DNA of 64,000 nt from Eledone cirrhosa (taxonomy: Eukaryota). A program made the translations under genes and the position numbers. Below the pieces are notes generated by a model that made no database searches, had not been told where the DNA came from, and saw nothing but the letters and a program-made list of their open reading frames with translations. The stretch is from contig OZ024746.1 of the NCBI GenBank assembly GCA_964016885.1, forward strand, positions 34,472,001 through 34,536,000, given 5' to 3'. Positions 63,910-64,000 of this stretch are shown piece after piece (the first letter of the stretch is position 1; each line of letters begins with the position of its first letter).

Positions 63910-64000
63910 AAAAAGAGATGAAATCGAAAATGCAACTGAAGTCTTATTTTTTTTAAAAATATATATATTTATTTGGTTCCTTTACCGGTTTCGCAGTTCT

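Overview
Eukaryotic, AT-rich, microsatellite-saturated DNA made almost entirely of retroelements. The SINE families and (TA)n density suggest a cephalopod such as Octopus, which is an inference. No host gene could be supported. The window holds three L1-Tx1 LINEs (one full-length, all decayed), two CR1-group LINE fragments, three Penelope-like elements (PLEs), at least eight tRNA-derived SINEs, an internally deleted mariner, two non-autonomous Helitron-like elements, a Pif1 fragment and a split tRNA-Tyr pseudogene. Four signals stand out. (1) At 61.1-63.9 kb, a head-to-tail array of five apparently identical 466-bp units plus an inverted arm; each unit carries an intact minimal hammerhead ribozyme (retrozyme/circRNA-like). 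(2) About a dozen further canonical and variant-core hammerhead motifs in small fold-back elements inserted in (TA)n. (3) An apparent ATT-targeting Tx1 LINE with a SINE partner that shares its 3' end and target preference. (4) A splice-donor plus pyrimidine-tract motif held at 38-40 nt from the ORF2 ATG in all three diverged Tx1 copies. All structures were read by eye; no alignment, folding or database search was run.
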